In this document: one piece after another, positions 19,426-28,757 of the stretch
Numbering within the stretch: position 1 is the stretch's first letter
Layout of the letters: every line of letters starts with the position of its first letter
Source: Eubacteriales bacterium
GTDB lineage: Bacteria; Bacillota; Clostridia; Oscillospirales; CAG-272
Assembly (NCBI GenBank): GCA_045597265.1
Contig: JAZODX010000210.1
Coordinates: forward strand, 1 to 57,606
DNA: 57,606 nt
Reading direction: 5' to 3'
Made by a program: the position numbers and the translations under genes
The notes under the pieces: model-generated
Seen by the model: only the letters and a program-made list of their open reading frames with translations
Database searches by the model: none
What the model was told of the DNA's origin: nothing

Positions 19426-20796
19426 TCAGACCTTGATCTGCTTGGCAATCCATCCGCACTTGGTATAGTCGGTGAAGGAACAGACCTTGCGGGTGAGAGC
19501 TGCGGCGCTCGGGCTCAGTAAGGTCATAGACATCTTTTTGCCGGCAAGCTCGGGGCGCGCGTATTCGGCACCGGCGTAAAGCAGGGAAAGCCCGGTTTGG
19601 GTGTTGAGGGTATGCCAGGTTGTCACCATGTAGCCCAGCGTATTTTGTCCGCGTGCCGTATCAACGGCGGCGCGAATATTGTCAACTCTTTCCCATGGAC
19701 AGCTGAGGACATCAAAACCGAGGGAGGCAAAATAGGTCGTGGTGGCGAAGGGCGCTTCCACACGGCGGTAATGCCAGTCGGCAATGACAACGCGGCGATC
19801 AAGCTCGGAAAAAATCTTTTCGGCGATTTCGGGATATTTACAGTTGCAGCTGTAGTCCCCCGGGGTGGTGCCGACCAATTCGTTATTGAGCAGCATATCT
19901 CCCCAAATGATGGGTCGGCGGTGCTCTTCCTCGAGCACCTCGCGGGTCAGCGCACAGAGATAATTGCTGAAATTGTAGGCAAGGTCGGGATTGTGTCCGT
20001 AGATATATGCTTCATCGCAGCCGAGGTGGATGTATTCGCCGGGGCCGAAGATATCGTAAAGCTCGGCACGCACCTGACGGAGAAGATTGCGGACGCGGGG
20101 ATTATCGATTGCCCAGTTCCAGCCGTCCTCACTGAAATAAAGTGCTTTTGCCGGGTTTTGATCGAGCACGACGTGCTTGCCGCTCATCATGCGGCTATGC
20201 GAGGCGTGGCCGAGATGGTTGAGCATGGGGATCGGCTCCATACCGAGCAGACGCGCCTCTGCAATCAGTGCGCGCCATTGCTCGCGGTCGGGCGAACCCG
20301 GCCAGGCAAGCTCGGGCATACAGATGAAGGGAAGGGTGCCCCAGGGCTCAAGGATCACGTGCGTATAGTGCAGTGCGGCACAGACACGCAGGACTTTTTG
20401 CAGAAAATCAAGTTTAGTTTCGGGGAAGACGCAGATGTGTGCCATGCGCACGGCGACGTCGAATTTGTCGATATGCGTGCCGCAGGGAATGCCGAAACGG
20501 GGCTCATCCTCAAGCTCAAGCGGCTTGATTCGGCGCAGAAGTGCGAGAATGCCCTGCATCAGGCCGGCACCGTCATATGCACGAACCAAAACGCCGGATT
20601 CGCTGACGGCGATGGCGTACCGCGCTTCGGCCAGCTCGACCTCGGGGGCAGTACCGATGCTGAAGCAGAACTCGTCGGTCGGCTCTGCGACCAGCTCGCC
20701 GCGGGTACAGCAGAAGCCGCTCCACAATTCGCCGATCAGCGGCGTGCAAAGCGAGCGGTGCAGGCGAGCGATCGTTTTTTGGGTAAAGATGAACAT
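19426..20796 (-). CDS. glycoside hydrolase-like protein (GH20 beta-N-acetylhexosaminidase-like TIM barrel)
   Basis: IHLGCDEAY resembles the GH20 H-x-G-G-D-E catalytic motif. Start at MFIFTQK with GGAGG upstream. Confidence 0.45.
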   Translation of the reverse strand: MFIFTQKTIARLHRSLCTPLIGELWSGFCCTRGELVAEPTDEFCFSIGTAPEVELAEARYAIAVSESGVLVRAYDGAGLMQGILALLRRIKPLELEDEPRFGIPCGTHIDKFDVAVRMAHICVFPETKLDFLQKVLRVCAALHYTHVILEPWGTLPFICMPELAWPGSPDREQWRALIAEARLLGMEPIPMLNHLGHASHSRMMSGKHVVLDQNPAKALYFSEDGWNWAIDNPRVRNLLRQVRAELYDIFGPGEYIHLGCDEAYIYGHNPDLAYNFSNYLCALTREVLEEEHRRPIIWGDMLLNNELVGTTPGDYSCNCKYPEIAEKIFSELDRRVVIADWHYRRVEAPFATTTYFASLGFDVLSCPWERVDNIRAAVDTARGQNTLGYMVTTWHTLNTQTGLSLLYAGAEYARPELAGKKMSMTLLSPSAAALTRKVCSFTDYTKCGWIAKQIKV

Positions 20797-21146
20797 AAGG
20801 GGGATACCTCCATGTTTTCTGTGCCCGAATCGGTATGGTGCTGATGACGGATATTGGGCACTCCGCATCCGTCCTTTCCCTTTTTATTTTAGCGTGTTTA
20901 TTCTTTTTTTGCAAGAAGAGATCAAACCAAACTATAAGAAAACGAAACGCTTTGTCACTTATTCCTCCCCATCCGGACAAGCATCTGCAGGGCGCAGTCG
21001 GTATACCTACCGCATTCCTCGCAGGGACAGTATGCCTTGAATGGTTGTATTCGTTTTCCCCCTATGCAGGTCAACGCTTGAATTGCCTGTTTTTAACAGG
21101 TGCGAAAACAATTGTATATTGTTATGAAAATATCTTCTCCGGGTTT

Positions 21147-21180
21147 GATTTGTTGCATTTGGTTTTGATATCTTATAGAC
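21147..21180 (+). promoter_or_regulatory. 34-bp conserved element, copy A (putative AraC-type activator site)
   Basis: GATTTGTTGCATTTGGTTTTGATATCTTATAGAC. It matches copy B (23982-24015) at 31 of 34 positions and ends 19 nt upstream of an extended -10 (TGTATAAT, 21198-21205). Confidence 0.5.
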
Positions 21181-21325
21181 AATAATCAACAAAAGGCTGT
21201 ATAATATAATCGTCCCGATAATCGTCCCGAAAGCGGTTGTTCTTCGGAAAATAGTCTGTGTTTTCATCTGTTATTCCTTGCGGAGGGGATACTGTCGGGA
21301 GAATTTTTTGAGGAGGCGATATTTC

Positions 21326-23065
21326 ATGAAAAATTGGATAAAATTTGCTTTGCTCGGTCTGTTGTTGAGTCTTTTGCTGATTAGCTGCCAGGTGCCGCCT
21401 TCACCTCCGTCTGCTGATATAACAACGGAAGCTGTGACGACTGAAGCCGTGCCAACCGGACTTGAGGTAGTCAAGGATGGTGTTGCGAATTATCGTGTGG
21501 TTCGCGGTGAAATGGCAACCGAAGCGGTGATCAATGCGGCGCTCCGGGTGCGTAATCTCATCAGCGATGCGACTGATGTACAGCCCGATATTTCCAGCGA
21601 TTGGGTGAAACAGGGCAGCGAGCACGATCACGAGTCGCGGGAAATTCTGGTAGGTCCGACCGATTACAGCGAATCGATTGAGGCGCTGGAAAATGTTGCT
21701 TACGGTGATTATGTGATTGCGCAGGTAGGCAATAAATTAGTCATCAACGCATGGTGCGAGAAATCCTTGGATGCGGCCTGCGAAGCATTCCGCAATTTGG
21801 TTCGCAAGCACGTCCAAACGGGGAATCTGACTCTGCCGTCCGATCTTTTGATAACCGGTACCGGAAACAAGCTGATGAACCAGCTTCCGACTTTTGAAAA
21901 TGGAACGCTCGATGTGATCTACGATGGCGGCTGCGATACGGAGCTGGCTATCTTTCAGGAAACGACCCCGGATGCCTTTTCTGCATATCTGCGGAAGCTG
22001 GAGGCGGCGGGATATACGCTCTATGCCGAAAATGAGATCACGGACAATCGCTTTGCCACCTATATCAATGACAGTTATGTGATCAATGCGGGCTATTACG
22101 CTTATGAGCAGGCGGTTCGTGTAACGGTTGAGTCGCGCACGGCCCTGCCGCCGCGCGAGAGTGACAATGTCTATGAGAAAAAAATCCAGCCCAGTGTCGG
22201 ACAGCTTGGCTGTGAGTTTCCGGACAGCAACGGAAGCCTGGTTACCATTGGGCAGAGCCATATTCTCCAGCTATCGGATGGCAGCTATATTGTGATCGAC
22301 GGCGGCTACCAGCGCAATGTCGAAGCTAAAATGCTTTACGACTATATGTATAAATACGCCGTCGATCCCCAAAACATCACCATTGCCGCGTGGATCTTTA
22401 CACACGGACATAGCGACCATACCGGTGGATATGAGGTCTTTACGAAAAACTACGCCTCGAAGGTAAAGCTTGAACTGCTGATCGGTAATTTCCCGGATAG
22501 GGCTGTCCTGGTCGGCGGCGGGGCGCCCAGCGGAGACAGAATACCCAATTCGACCGTCTCTTACCCGGGATCGAAATGGATTCAGGCACATGTTGGCCAG
22601 GTCTTCCATCTGCGAGACGCGGAGGTGGAAATTCTCTACACGCTGGAAAGCTATGCGCCCGGTGATCTGGCCTATTACAATACCGCCTCACTGATCTTCA
22701 CGGTTAAGCTTGGCGGCCAGACCCTTAATTTCCTTGGCGATGCGTCGAACGATTCCTGCAAGATTGTGTATACCATGTTCGGCGACTACCTCAAGGCCGA
22801 CTTCGTTCAAGCAGCGCACCACGGAAGCGGAACCGGTTCTTCGGCCTATACCGGTGTTACCTCGGTCTATACTGCATCCGAAGCGCCTGTTGTTCTCTGG
22901 CCGGTGGGCGAGTCGGTCTATGAAGGTATAGCGAAGCGTGTTTACAGTGCCCACTTGGTCAATCTGGATTCAACCAAAGAGATTTTTGTCGCAGGCTCGA
23001 GAGTGATTCGGCTGCTGCTTCCATATACGGTGGGAACGAGCGGTTATGAGAGCATCCTGCAGTAA
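21326..23065 (+). CDS. MBL-fold metallo-hydrolase lipoprotein with an N-terminal accessory domain
   Basis: Lipoprotein signal MKNWIKFALLGLLLSLLLISC. HGHSDHTGG (HxHxDH) and AAHHGS motifs. AGGAGG RBS. Confidence 0.65.
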   Translation: MKNWIKFALLGLLLSLLLISCQVPPSPPSADITTEAVTTEAVPTGLEVVKDGVANYRVVRGEMATEAVINAALRVRNLISDATDVQPDISSDWVKQGSEHDHESREILVGPTDYSESIEALENVAYGDYVIAQVGNKLVINAWCEKSLDAACEAFRNLVRKHVQTGNLTLPSDLLITGTGNKLMNQLPTFENGTLDVIYDGGCDTELAIFQETTPDAFSAYLRKLEAAGYTLYAENEITDNRFATYINDSYVINAGYYAYEQAVRVTVESRTALPPRESDNVYEKKIQPSVGQLGCEFPDSNGSLVTIGQSHILQLSDGSYIVIDGGYQRNVEAKMLYDYMYKYAVDPQNITIAAWIFTHGHSDHTGGYEVFTKNYASKVKLELLIGNFPDRAVLVGGGAPSGDRIPNSTVSYPGSKWIQAHVGQVFHLRDAEVEILYTLESYAPGDLAYYNTASLIFTVKLGGQTLNFLGDASNDSCKIVYTMFGDYLKADFVQAAHHGSGTGSSAYTGVTSVYTASEAPVVLWPVGESVYEGIAKRVYSAHLVNLDSTKEIFVAGSRVIRLLLPYTVGTSGYESILQ

Positions 23066-23086
23066 ACGTAATCTTCAATATTTCGC

Positions 23087-23130
23087 AAAATGGGGTGTCA
23101 TGCTAATTAGCGTGACACCCCATTTTTTTT
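23087..23130. terminator. bidirectional rho-independent terminator between convergent genes
   Basis: Stem AAAATGGGGTGTCATGC / GCGTGACACCCCATTTT (one mismatch) followed by TTTT. Confidence 0.7.
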
Positions 23131-23176
23131 GCCTGAAAGCGATTATCAGGCCGGACGGTAAGCAATCGGAGAGCAA

Positions 23177-23953
23177 TTATTCGATTTGTTCCATTTTGGA
23201 AAAGGCCTGAGGGGAATAGCCGGTGTATTTGCGGAATTCTTTGGCAAAATAACTGGGACTGTCAAAGCCGACGCGGCCGGCGACCTCGGTGACGGAATAA
23301 TAGCCGGAATTGAGCAGGGTTTTTGCTCGATTAAGACGGTAATTTTTGACGTAAGTGCTGGTGGGAATACCGTATTCCTTGATAAAAAGTCTCCGTAGAT
23401 AGGCTGAAGTGAAGCCGGCCAGCGAAGCCAGGTATTCTACATCGGCGGCTTGTGCGGAGTCGTAATGATTATGCACGTATTCAATGACCGGCAAAAGACG
23501 GCGATCGAATTCGGATACCATGGTATGAAAATCAGACTCGTTGAGCAGTTTACTGAGAATCTGATAGAATCTGGACATGCAGACAAAGCGGTCGGCGGGG
23601 GTGGGGGATTCAAACAGCTCAAGCAGGCGAGTAAAATCGGACGCGATTGCACGGCCTTGGGAGGGGAAAATGATTTGCGGTTCTTCCGAGAGTGGGGAGG
23701 ATAAATGGAAATGGCAGGCAATGATTTCACGAGAGTCCTTGATGATGCTGGTATAACTGACTCCCTGCGGCATTAACAGGACGCTGCCGGGTGGAGAGGA
23801 AAGGGTAAGCTTATCCGTGCTGATCTCTCCGTTTCCCGACAAACAAAGTGAGAGTGAATGGAAATTCCGCTCACGAACTGCAAGACGTCCGCGCGGGGGG
23901 AAGCATTGCATTACATCAAGCTGAGTGACATAGAGCAGATCACTGGTAAACAT
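23177..23953 (-). CDS. AraC family transcriptional regulator (cupin sensor domain plus HTH)
   Basis: C-terminal YSVTEVAGRVGFDSPSYFAKEFRKYTGYSPQAF. GGGAGGA RBS lies 8 nt from the second ATG. Confidence 0.85.
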   Translation of the reverse strand: MFTSDLLYVTQLDVMQCFPPRGRLAVRERNFHSLSLCLSGNGEISTDKLTLSSPPGSVLLMPQGVSYTSIIKDSREIIACHFHLSSPLSEEPQIIFPSQGRAIASDFTRLLELFESPTPADRFVCMSRFYQILSKLLNESDFHTMVSEFDRRLLPVIEYVHNHYDSAQAADVEYLASLAGFTSAYLRRLFIKEYGIPTSTYVKNYRLNRAKTLLNSGYYSVTEVAGRVGFDSPSYFAKEFRKYTGYSPQAFSKMEQIE

Positions 23954-23981
23954 ACACATATCCTCCCTTAATCCTTGTTCC

Positions 23982-24015
23982 GATTTGTTGCATTTTGTAT
24001 TGATATCTTGTAGAC
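23982..24015 (+). promoter_or_regulatory. 34-bp conserved element, copy B (putative AraC-type activator/auto-regulatory site)
   Basis: GATTTGTTGCATTTTGTATTGATATCTTGTAGAC. It lies in the divergent araC / solute-binding-protein intergenic region and ends 18 nt upstream of TATAAT (24034-24039). Confidence 0.5.
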
Positions 24016-24223
24016 GGCTCTGATATGATGTTTTATAATAAAGATGTACCGTAGGATGAAGCTCCGTTTATATGTTAGCACACAATACAACTGCATGTCA
24101 AGTATCGGTGTGAAATATTTCGGACAACCGGCGCACCGCTTGGATCGCGTATTGCGTACGGCACAGCTGCTTCGCCTGCATAAAAAATCCTGCATAAAAA
24201 ATCAAGAAAGGAAAATCCCCATC

Positions 24224-25735
24224 ATGAAGAAGAAAATTCTCGCCGTATCTCTCTCCGTTTTGCTGTTGATGTCGATGGCAGTCGGGTGTGCGAATACACC
24301 GGGACAGACTGCAGACACCACGACCGATCCGACCAATGCAGATAATCCTCCTGCAAGCGGTGACGTGACTACGGTTGAATCGAACGACGCAGATCTTCTG
24401 GGCTTCCCCAAGGAAGATAACGGCAACAAGAAATTTGTCATCTACACCAATTCCACCAAAAGTGACGGCAGTGCACTCGGTGACTTCAATGTTGAATCAC
24501 AGACCGGAGATCTTGTTAACGATGCCGTCTTCAAAAAGGATGCTAAGGTTGAGGACTACCTCGGTATCGATATTGAGCTGATCTTAGAGAATGGTGTATG
24601 GTCGAAGCGCAGTGCTTTCAATAACAAGATCATTGCTGCATATGACGCCGGTGATCATGAGTTTGATGTGGTTAACAGCATGTTGGTCTGCACCATTCCG
24701 TTAGCCGGTCGGGGCCTGTTCGTCGACGTAAGTGATCTTCCGCACACCGGTTTTGATAAGCCCTGGTATATCAAGGACATGGTTGAGAATTATGGAATAG
24801 GCGGCAAATTCTATGGGATCATCAGCGACCACTCGCTTTCCCTCTACAAGGACCTGTCGGTTATTTTCTTCAATGCGGATATGATGGAGGACGTAAAGCC
24901 GGATGTAGACCTTTACGATCTTGTCCGCCGGGGAGAATGGACGCTGGACAAATTCCTTGAGGTTTCCTCGGATATGGCACGTGACCTCAATGGCGATGAT
25001 GCGTATACTGCAGGCGACGATATTTTCGCTTATTTCGGTGAGGGTGTACCGAACGGCACCTGGATCACTGCGTTGGATATTCATTCCTTTGAAATTAACG
25101 AAACGGGAAACTCCTTCACCTACTACGGCCTGACCGAACGCTTTTCCTCGGCATATGACCGTATGGGCGTTTTCTCGACCAGTCCCGGTGTCCGTAACGA
25201 GCAGGGTACCTTGGGGGCTCGGGATACCTTTGCAAATGGCCGTGTCGCCTTTATGACCAATTTCCTCTATACTACGGAAAGCCTTCGTGACATGGACGAC
25301 GACTACGGCATTCTCCCGATTCCGAAATACGATACGAATCAGGAAGACTACATTTCGCAGGTCGGCACCTCGACCTCGACCTTCTTTGTTCCGCAAACCC
25401 AGATGAATCTGGATCTGGTGTCCAAGTTCATCGAATGTGAGGCTTATTTCGGTTATACCGAGGTGTCGGACGTCTACTATGAGGTTGCTCTGAAAACCAA
25501 ATATATTGATGATCCGAACATGGTTGACATGCTGGATATTGTTCGTGAAAATGCAACCATAACCTTTATGATGGTTTATGGTGCGAACTACATGAAAAAC
25601 TCCCCCTATGAACGCTTCCGCTTCTCGGCATCGGGTGTTGCTTACACCGATATCGCGTCTTGGATGGCCTCTCGCGAGACGTCCTTCTGCACTTCGCTCC
25701 AGACCCTGCTCGATGCGTATGCCGCATTGGAATAA
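24224..25735 (+). CDS. ABC transporter extracellular solute-binding lipoprotein (large, sugar-type family 1)
   Basis: Lipoprotein signal MKKKILAVSLSVLLLMSMAVGC. T/D/P-rich tether. About 500 aa, as in large carbohydrate-binding SBPs. Confidence 0.7.
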   Translation: MKKKILAVSLSVLLLMSMAVGCANTPGQTADTTTDPTNADNPPASGDVTTVESNDADLLGFPKEDNGNKKFVIYTNSTKSDGSALGDFNVESQTGDLVNDAVFKKDAKVEDYLGIDIELILENGVWSKRSAFNNKIIAAYDAGDHEFDVVNSMLVCTIPLAGRGLFVDVSDLPHTGFDKPWYIKDMVENYGIGGKFYGIISDHSLSLYKDLSVIFFNADMMEDVKPDVDLYDLVRRGEWTLDKFLEVSSDMARDLNGDDAYTAGDDIFAYFGEGVPNGTWITALDIHSFEINETGNSFTYYGLTERFSSAYDRMGVFSTSPGVRNEQGTLGARDTFANGRVAFMTNFLYTTESLRDMDDDYGILPIPKYDTNQEDYISQVGTSTSTFFVPQTQMNLDLVSKFIECEAYFGYTEVSDVYYEVALKTKYIDDPNMVDMLDIVRENATITFMMVYGANYMKNSPYERFRFSASGVAYTDIASWMASRETSFCTSLQTLLDAYAALE

Positions 25736-25788
25736 GCTGATTCTTGCTTGATGCAGAACAGAAAATAATACATAAGGAGAAAAAGAAC

Positions 25789-26850
25789 ATGAAAAAAACT
25801 CTTGCGATGCTTTTGTGTGTAATGATGCTTTCCGCTCTGATTTTGTCGGCGTCCGCTGCTTCACCGGATCCCATTTGGATCGACTATTTCAGCGATGCAT
25901 CCGCACGTGATTATTCCAGTACATATTATGACACGTCGGTACAGAACGGTGTGCTCACCATTACGCCGAAAGAGCCCAAGACGCGTGCGCTTTATCAGTT
26001 CCCCGGGTTGGGCAGTGTTTCCGAGGATTCCTACACCTTTATTATCCGATTCCGCAATACGTTCCCTAAATATAACAGTAATACGTTATTTGGCGTTAGC
26101 TTTGGCGGTGCAAATGAAGAAAACTTTTTCTTCGCCACATTCGTTGAAGCTTATGGATTCCCCAGACCTTACTGGGGCATGGTAGAAAATGCAAAAACTA
26201 CGCGCACAACGAACCGTCAAAACATAGAGGGCAGCTTCAGAATTGCAACGAAAGCTGCTGACGGCAGCAGCATCGTCGGCGAAAGAACGATCACAATGGT
26301 GATTGAGATCAACGGTACCAATGAGCCGGTATTCAGCTACTACGATGAACAAGGTAACCTCTGTAATTATCAGGACAATGGGAGTTTGTATGGAAAAAAG
26401 GATCCTGACTACGGCGCTTGTGAAGGCTTTACGACCAAGGGTCTGATGGGTTTGATCCTCGGTAATGAATGCACACTTGAGATCGACGCAGCCGGTGTTT
26501 GGAATGGTGTAGGTCTTGATAATGCTGCACTGGTCAAGACGATGAGTACTGAGCCCGTGCCCGAAACCACAAAGGCGTCCGAAACCACGAAGGCACCCGA
26601 AACCACAAAGGCGTCCGAAACCACGAAGGCACCCGAAACCACGAAGGCACCCGAAACCACGAAGGCACCCGAAACCACGAAGGCGCCCGAAACCACGAAG
26701 GCGCCCGAAACCACGAAGGCGCCCGAAACCACGAAGGCACCCGAAACTACTCCCGCAACCGGAAGCAATATGGTTGTGATGTTTATCTGTGCAGCGACGG
26801 CCGCCGTGCTGATGAGTACATTGTGCATGCGTCGAAAACGCCAGCGCTGA
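25789..26850 (+). CDS. secreted cell-surface protein: beta-sandwich-like domain, (PETTKA)n linker, C-terminal sorting-signal-like anchor
   Basis: Signal peptide MKKTLAMLLCVMMLSALILSASA. Ten ETTKA[PS] repeats. C-terminus is TPATG plus a hydrophobic helix plus RRKRQR. AAGGAGA RBS. Confidence 0.6.
   Translation: MKKTLAMLLCVMMLSALILSASAASPDPIWIDYFSDASARDYSSTYYDTSVQNGVLTITPKEPKTRALYQFPGLGSVSEDSYTFIIRFRNTFPKYNSNTLFGVSFGGANEENFFFATFVEAYGFPRPYWGMVENAKTTRTTNRQNIEGSFRIATKAADGSSIVGERTITMVIEINGTNEPVFSYYDEQGNLCNYQDNGSLYGKKDPDYGACEGFTTKGLMGLILGNECTLEIDAAGVWNGVGLDNAALVKTMSTEPVPETTKASETTKAPETTKASETTKAPETTKAPETTKAPETTKAPETTKAPETTKAPETTKAPETTPATGSNMVVMFICAATAAVLMSTLCMRRKRQR
26560..26751 (+). repeat. 18-bp tandem coding repeat (about 10.5 copies) encoding PETTKA
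   Basis: CCCGAAACCACGAAGGCN is reiterated head-to-tail, with only wobble changes and A/G changes at Pro/Ser. Confidence 0.9.
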
Positions 26851-26942
26851 TCCATTACAATTAGAACGCAGGGGAAGAGAAAAATTTTGTTTATCTTCCT
26901 CTGCTTTCCAATTTGAATCTTTCCAAGCAAAGGAGACCCAAT

Positions 26943-27983
26943 ATGCCAATCAAACATACTGCCGTAAGCTATTACGGCCTCAATTACGTTGAGCATGCCC
27001 GCGCGGATTTCGAAGAAATGAAGGCGCACGGCTGTGATACCGTTATTCTTGCCATCACCGAGTTCGATATGGACTTTTGGTTCCCAAACATCAACAGCAT
27101 CGTCCGCTGTGCGCATGAGCTCGGCCTTCGCGTGCTTGCCGATCTGTGGGGAATCGGTAAATATTTTGGCGGCGAGCAGGTGAGCCTGTTCTTGCAGAAC
27201 AATATCCATCACCGTCAGGTTTCGGCCTTCACCGGTGAGGTGCTTAACGCTGCTTGCTTCAACACCAATTCCTTCCGCGATTATTTTACCCGCCTTTGCC
27301 TTAAGCTTGCGCGGGAGACCGAGGTTGACGGCTTCTTCTGGGATGAGCCGCACTATGCGATGCCCAAGTCCTATGCGTCGATCACCGGAGGCGCCGGTGA
27401 TGACTGGTCCTGCCGCTGTCCCGAGTGTATGAAAAAGTTCGAGGAATACTACGGCTATGAAATGCCGAAGATCATGAACGACGACGTCAAGCAGTTCCGC
27501 TGGCGCGAGGCACTCAAAACGCTTGCGGATGCATCCCGCGAGATCAAGGCAGTCAATCCCGCGCTTGAGATTACCTGCTGTGTACACGCTACGCTGAACA
27601 CCTATTACGTGACCGAGCTGCGCGGCTATGACAATTGGGATATGGTTGCTGCCTGCCCTTATTTCGACGTTTTCTCAACCACCATCATCAACTGGGAGTT
27701 GCCTGAGTCCTTCTTCGCGGATATTACCCGCCGCACGGTGGAGATGGCAAAGAAGTATGGCAAGCAGTCCGAGCGCTGGCTGATGGGTTACAACAAGCGC
27801 CCCGCCGATTTTGCGCAGATCGACCGCATCGTAGATCTCTACGAATCGATGGGGGTTGACCGACTGGCCACCTGGACCTACCGCGGCGGCTACGGCACCG
27901 TCGTTGCCGCGCCCGACGCACTGCAGCTTTGGGATTGTATCGGCGAAAATTACAACCGTGTTTTGGTGAAAGAGGAGAAATAA
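26943..27983 (+). CDS. hypothetical cytoplasmic protein, TIM-barrel glycosidase-like
   Basis: No signal peptide. Alternating beta/alpha pattern, FFWDEPHY acidic motif and CRCPEC cysteine cluster. AAGGAGA RBS. Confidence 0.4.
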   Translation: MPIKHTAVSYYGLNYVEHARADFEEMKAHGCDTVILAITEFDMDFWFPNINSIVRCAHELGLRVLADLWGIGKYFGGEQVSLFLQNNIHHRQVSAFTGEVLNAACFNTNSFRDYFTRLCLKLARETEVDGFFWDEPHYAMPKSYASITGGAGDDWSCRCPECMKKFEEYYGYEMPKIMNDDVKQFRWREALKTLADASREIKAVNPALEITCCVHATLNTYYVTELRGYDNWDMVAACPYFDVFSTTIINWELPESFFADITRRTVEMAKKYGKQSERWLMGYNKRPADFAQIDRIVDLYESMGVDRLATWTYRGGYGTVVAAPDALQLWDCIGENYNRVLVKEEK

Positions 27984-27984
27984 G

Positions 27985-28737
27985 ATGATTCAGGATTTTG
28001 GTTACTATCAGGCAATTATTCATAATCTGGAGCAGATTAACGAAACACAGGGCGAGAATATCCACCGCGCCGCATCGCTGATGCGTGACGCGATCGCAAA
28101 CGATCGCCTGATTCACGTTTACGGCGGCGGCGGACACACCACCCTGCCGGTCGGTGAGATGTTTTTCCGTGCAGGCGGTCTCTCCTGTATCAATCCCGTC
28201 ATGGAGACAGGCCTTTCGGTTTTCAATCAGGCGCTGAAATATCTCGAGCTTGAGCGCACCGTCAATTTCGGTACTGCCATCATCAAATATTACGATCTGC
28301 AGAAGGACGATCTCTTGATTATCTTCCACAATATTGGCATCAATCCCGCCACCATCGACGCGGCCATGGAGGCCAAGCGCCGCGGTGTGAAGATTATTGC
28401 CGTCTCGTCGGCCGCATGGCAGAACGAGATGCCGGCCGATCACTTTATCCGCCATCCGAACAAGACCAATCTCAACGATTATGCAGACGTCTGCATCGAG
28501 GACTTCAATCCCGTTGGGGATGCCGTCGTAACCGTCCCCGGCCTTGATACGCCGATTGCTCCCCTTTCCAATATTGCCGATTTCTATATTGCACATCTGT
28601 TGGAAATCGAAACGGTTCGCCTCTGTGTGGAGGCCGGCATCGTACCGCCCGTTTGGAGCAGTGCCAACACACCGGGCGGTGACGAAAAGAACGCGGCTTA
28701 CCTGGAAAAATACAGACCGCGCGTCAAGATGCTTTGA
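27985..28737 (+). CDS. SIS (sugar isomerase) domain protein, UPF0309-like
   Basis: IHVYGGGGHTTLPVGEMFFRAGGL and LIIFHNIGINP motifs. Starts 1 nt after the upstream stop. Confidence 0.7.
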   Translation: MIQDFGYYQAIIHNLEQINETQGENIHRAASLMRDAIANDRLIHVYGGGGHTTLPVGEMFFRAGGLSCINPVMETGLSVFNQALKYLELERTVNFGTAIIKYYDLQKDDLLIIFHNIGINPATIDAAMEAKRRGVKIIAVSSAAWQNEMPADHFIRHPNKTNLNDYADVCIEDFNPVGDAVVTVPGLDTPIAPLSNIADFYIAHLLEIETVRLCVEAGIVPPVWSSANTPGGDEKNAAYLEKYRPRVKML

Positions 28738-28757
28738 GAAAATGGAGGAAACACGCT

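Noticed and set aside
21007-21267. 86-aa minus-strand ORF with one hydrophobic helix in the AT-rich gap before the MBL lipoprotein gene. A similar ORF lies at 23968-24195(-).
   Set aside because: Their apparent similarity (YKIS..NATN) comes from translating the conserved 34-bp DNA element. Neither has an RBS, and both overlap the predicted promoters.
26534-26751. Regularly spaced direct repeats that could be mistaken for a CRISPR array.
   Set aside because: The 18-bp units are contiguous, with no spacers. They are in frame and encode PETTKA within a signal-peptide-bearing ORF. No cas genes or leader are present.
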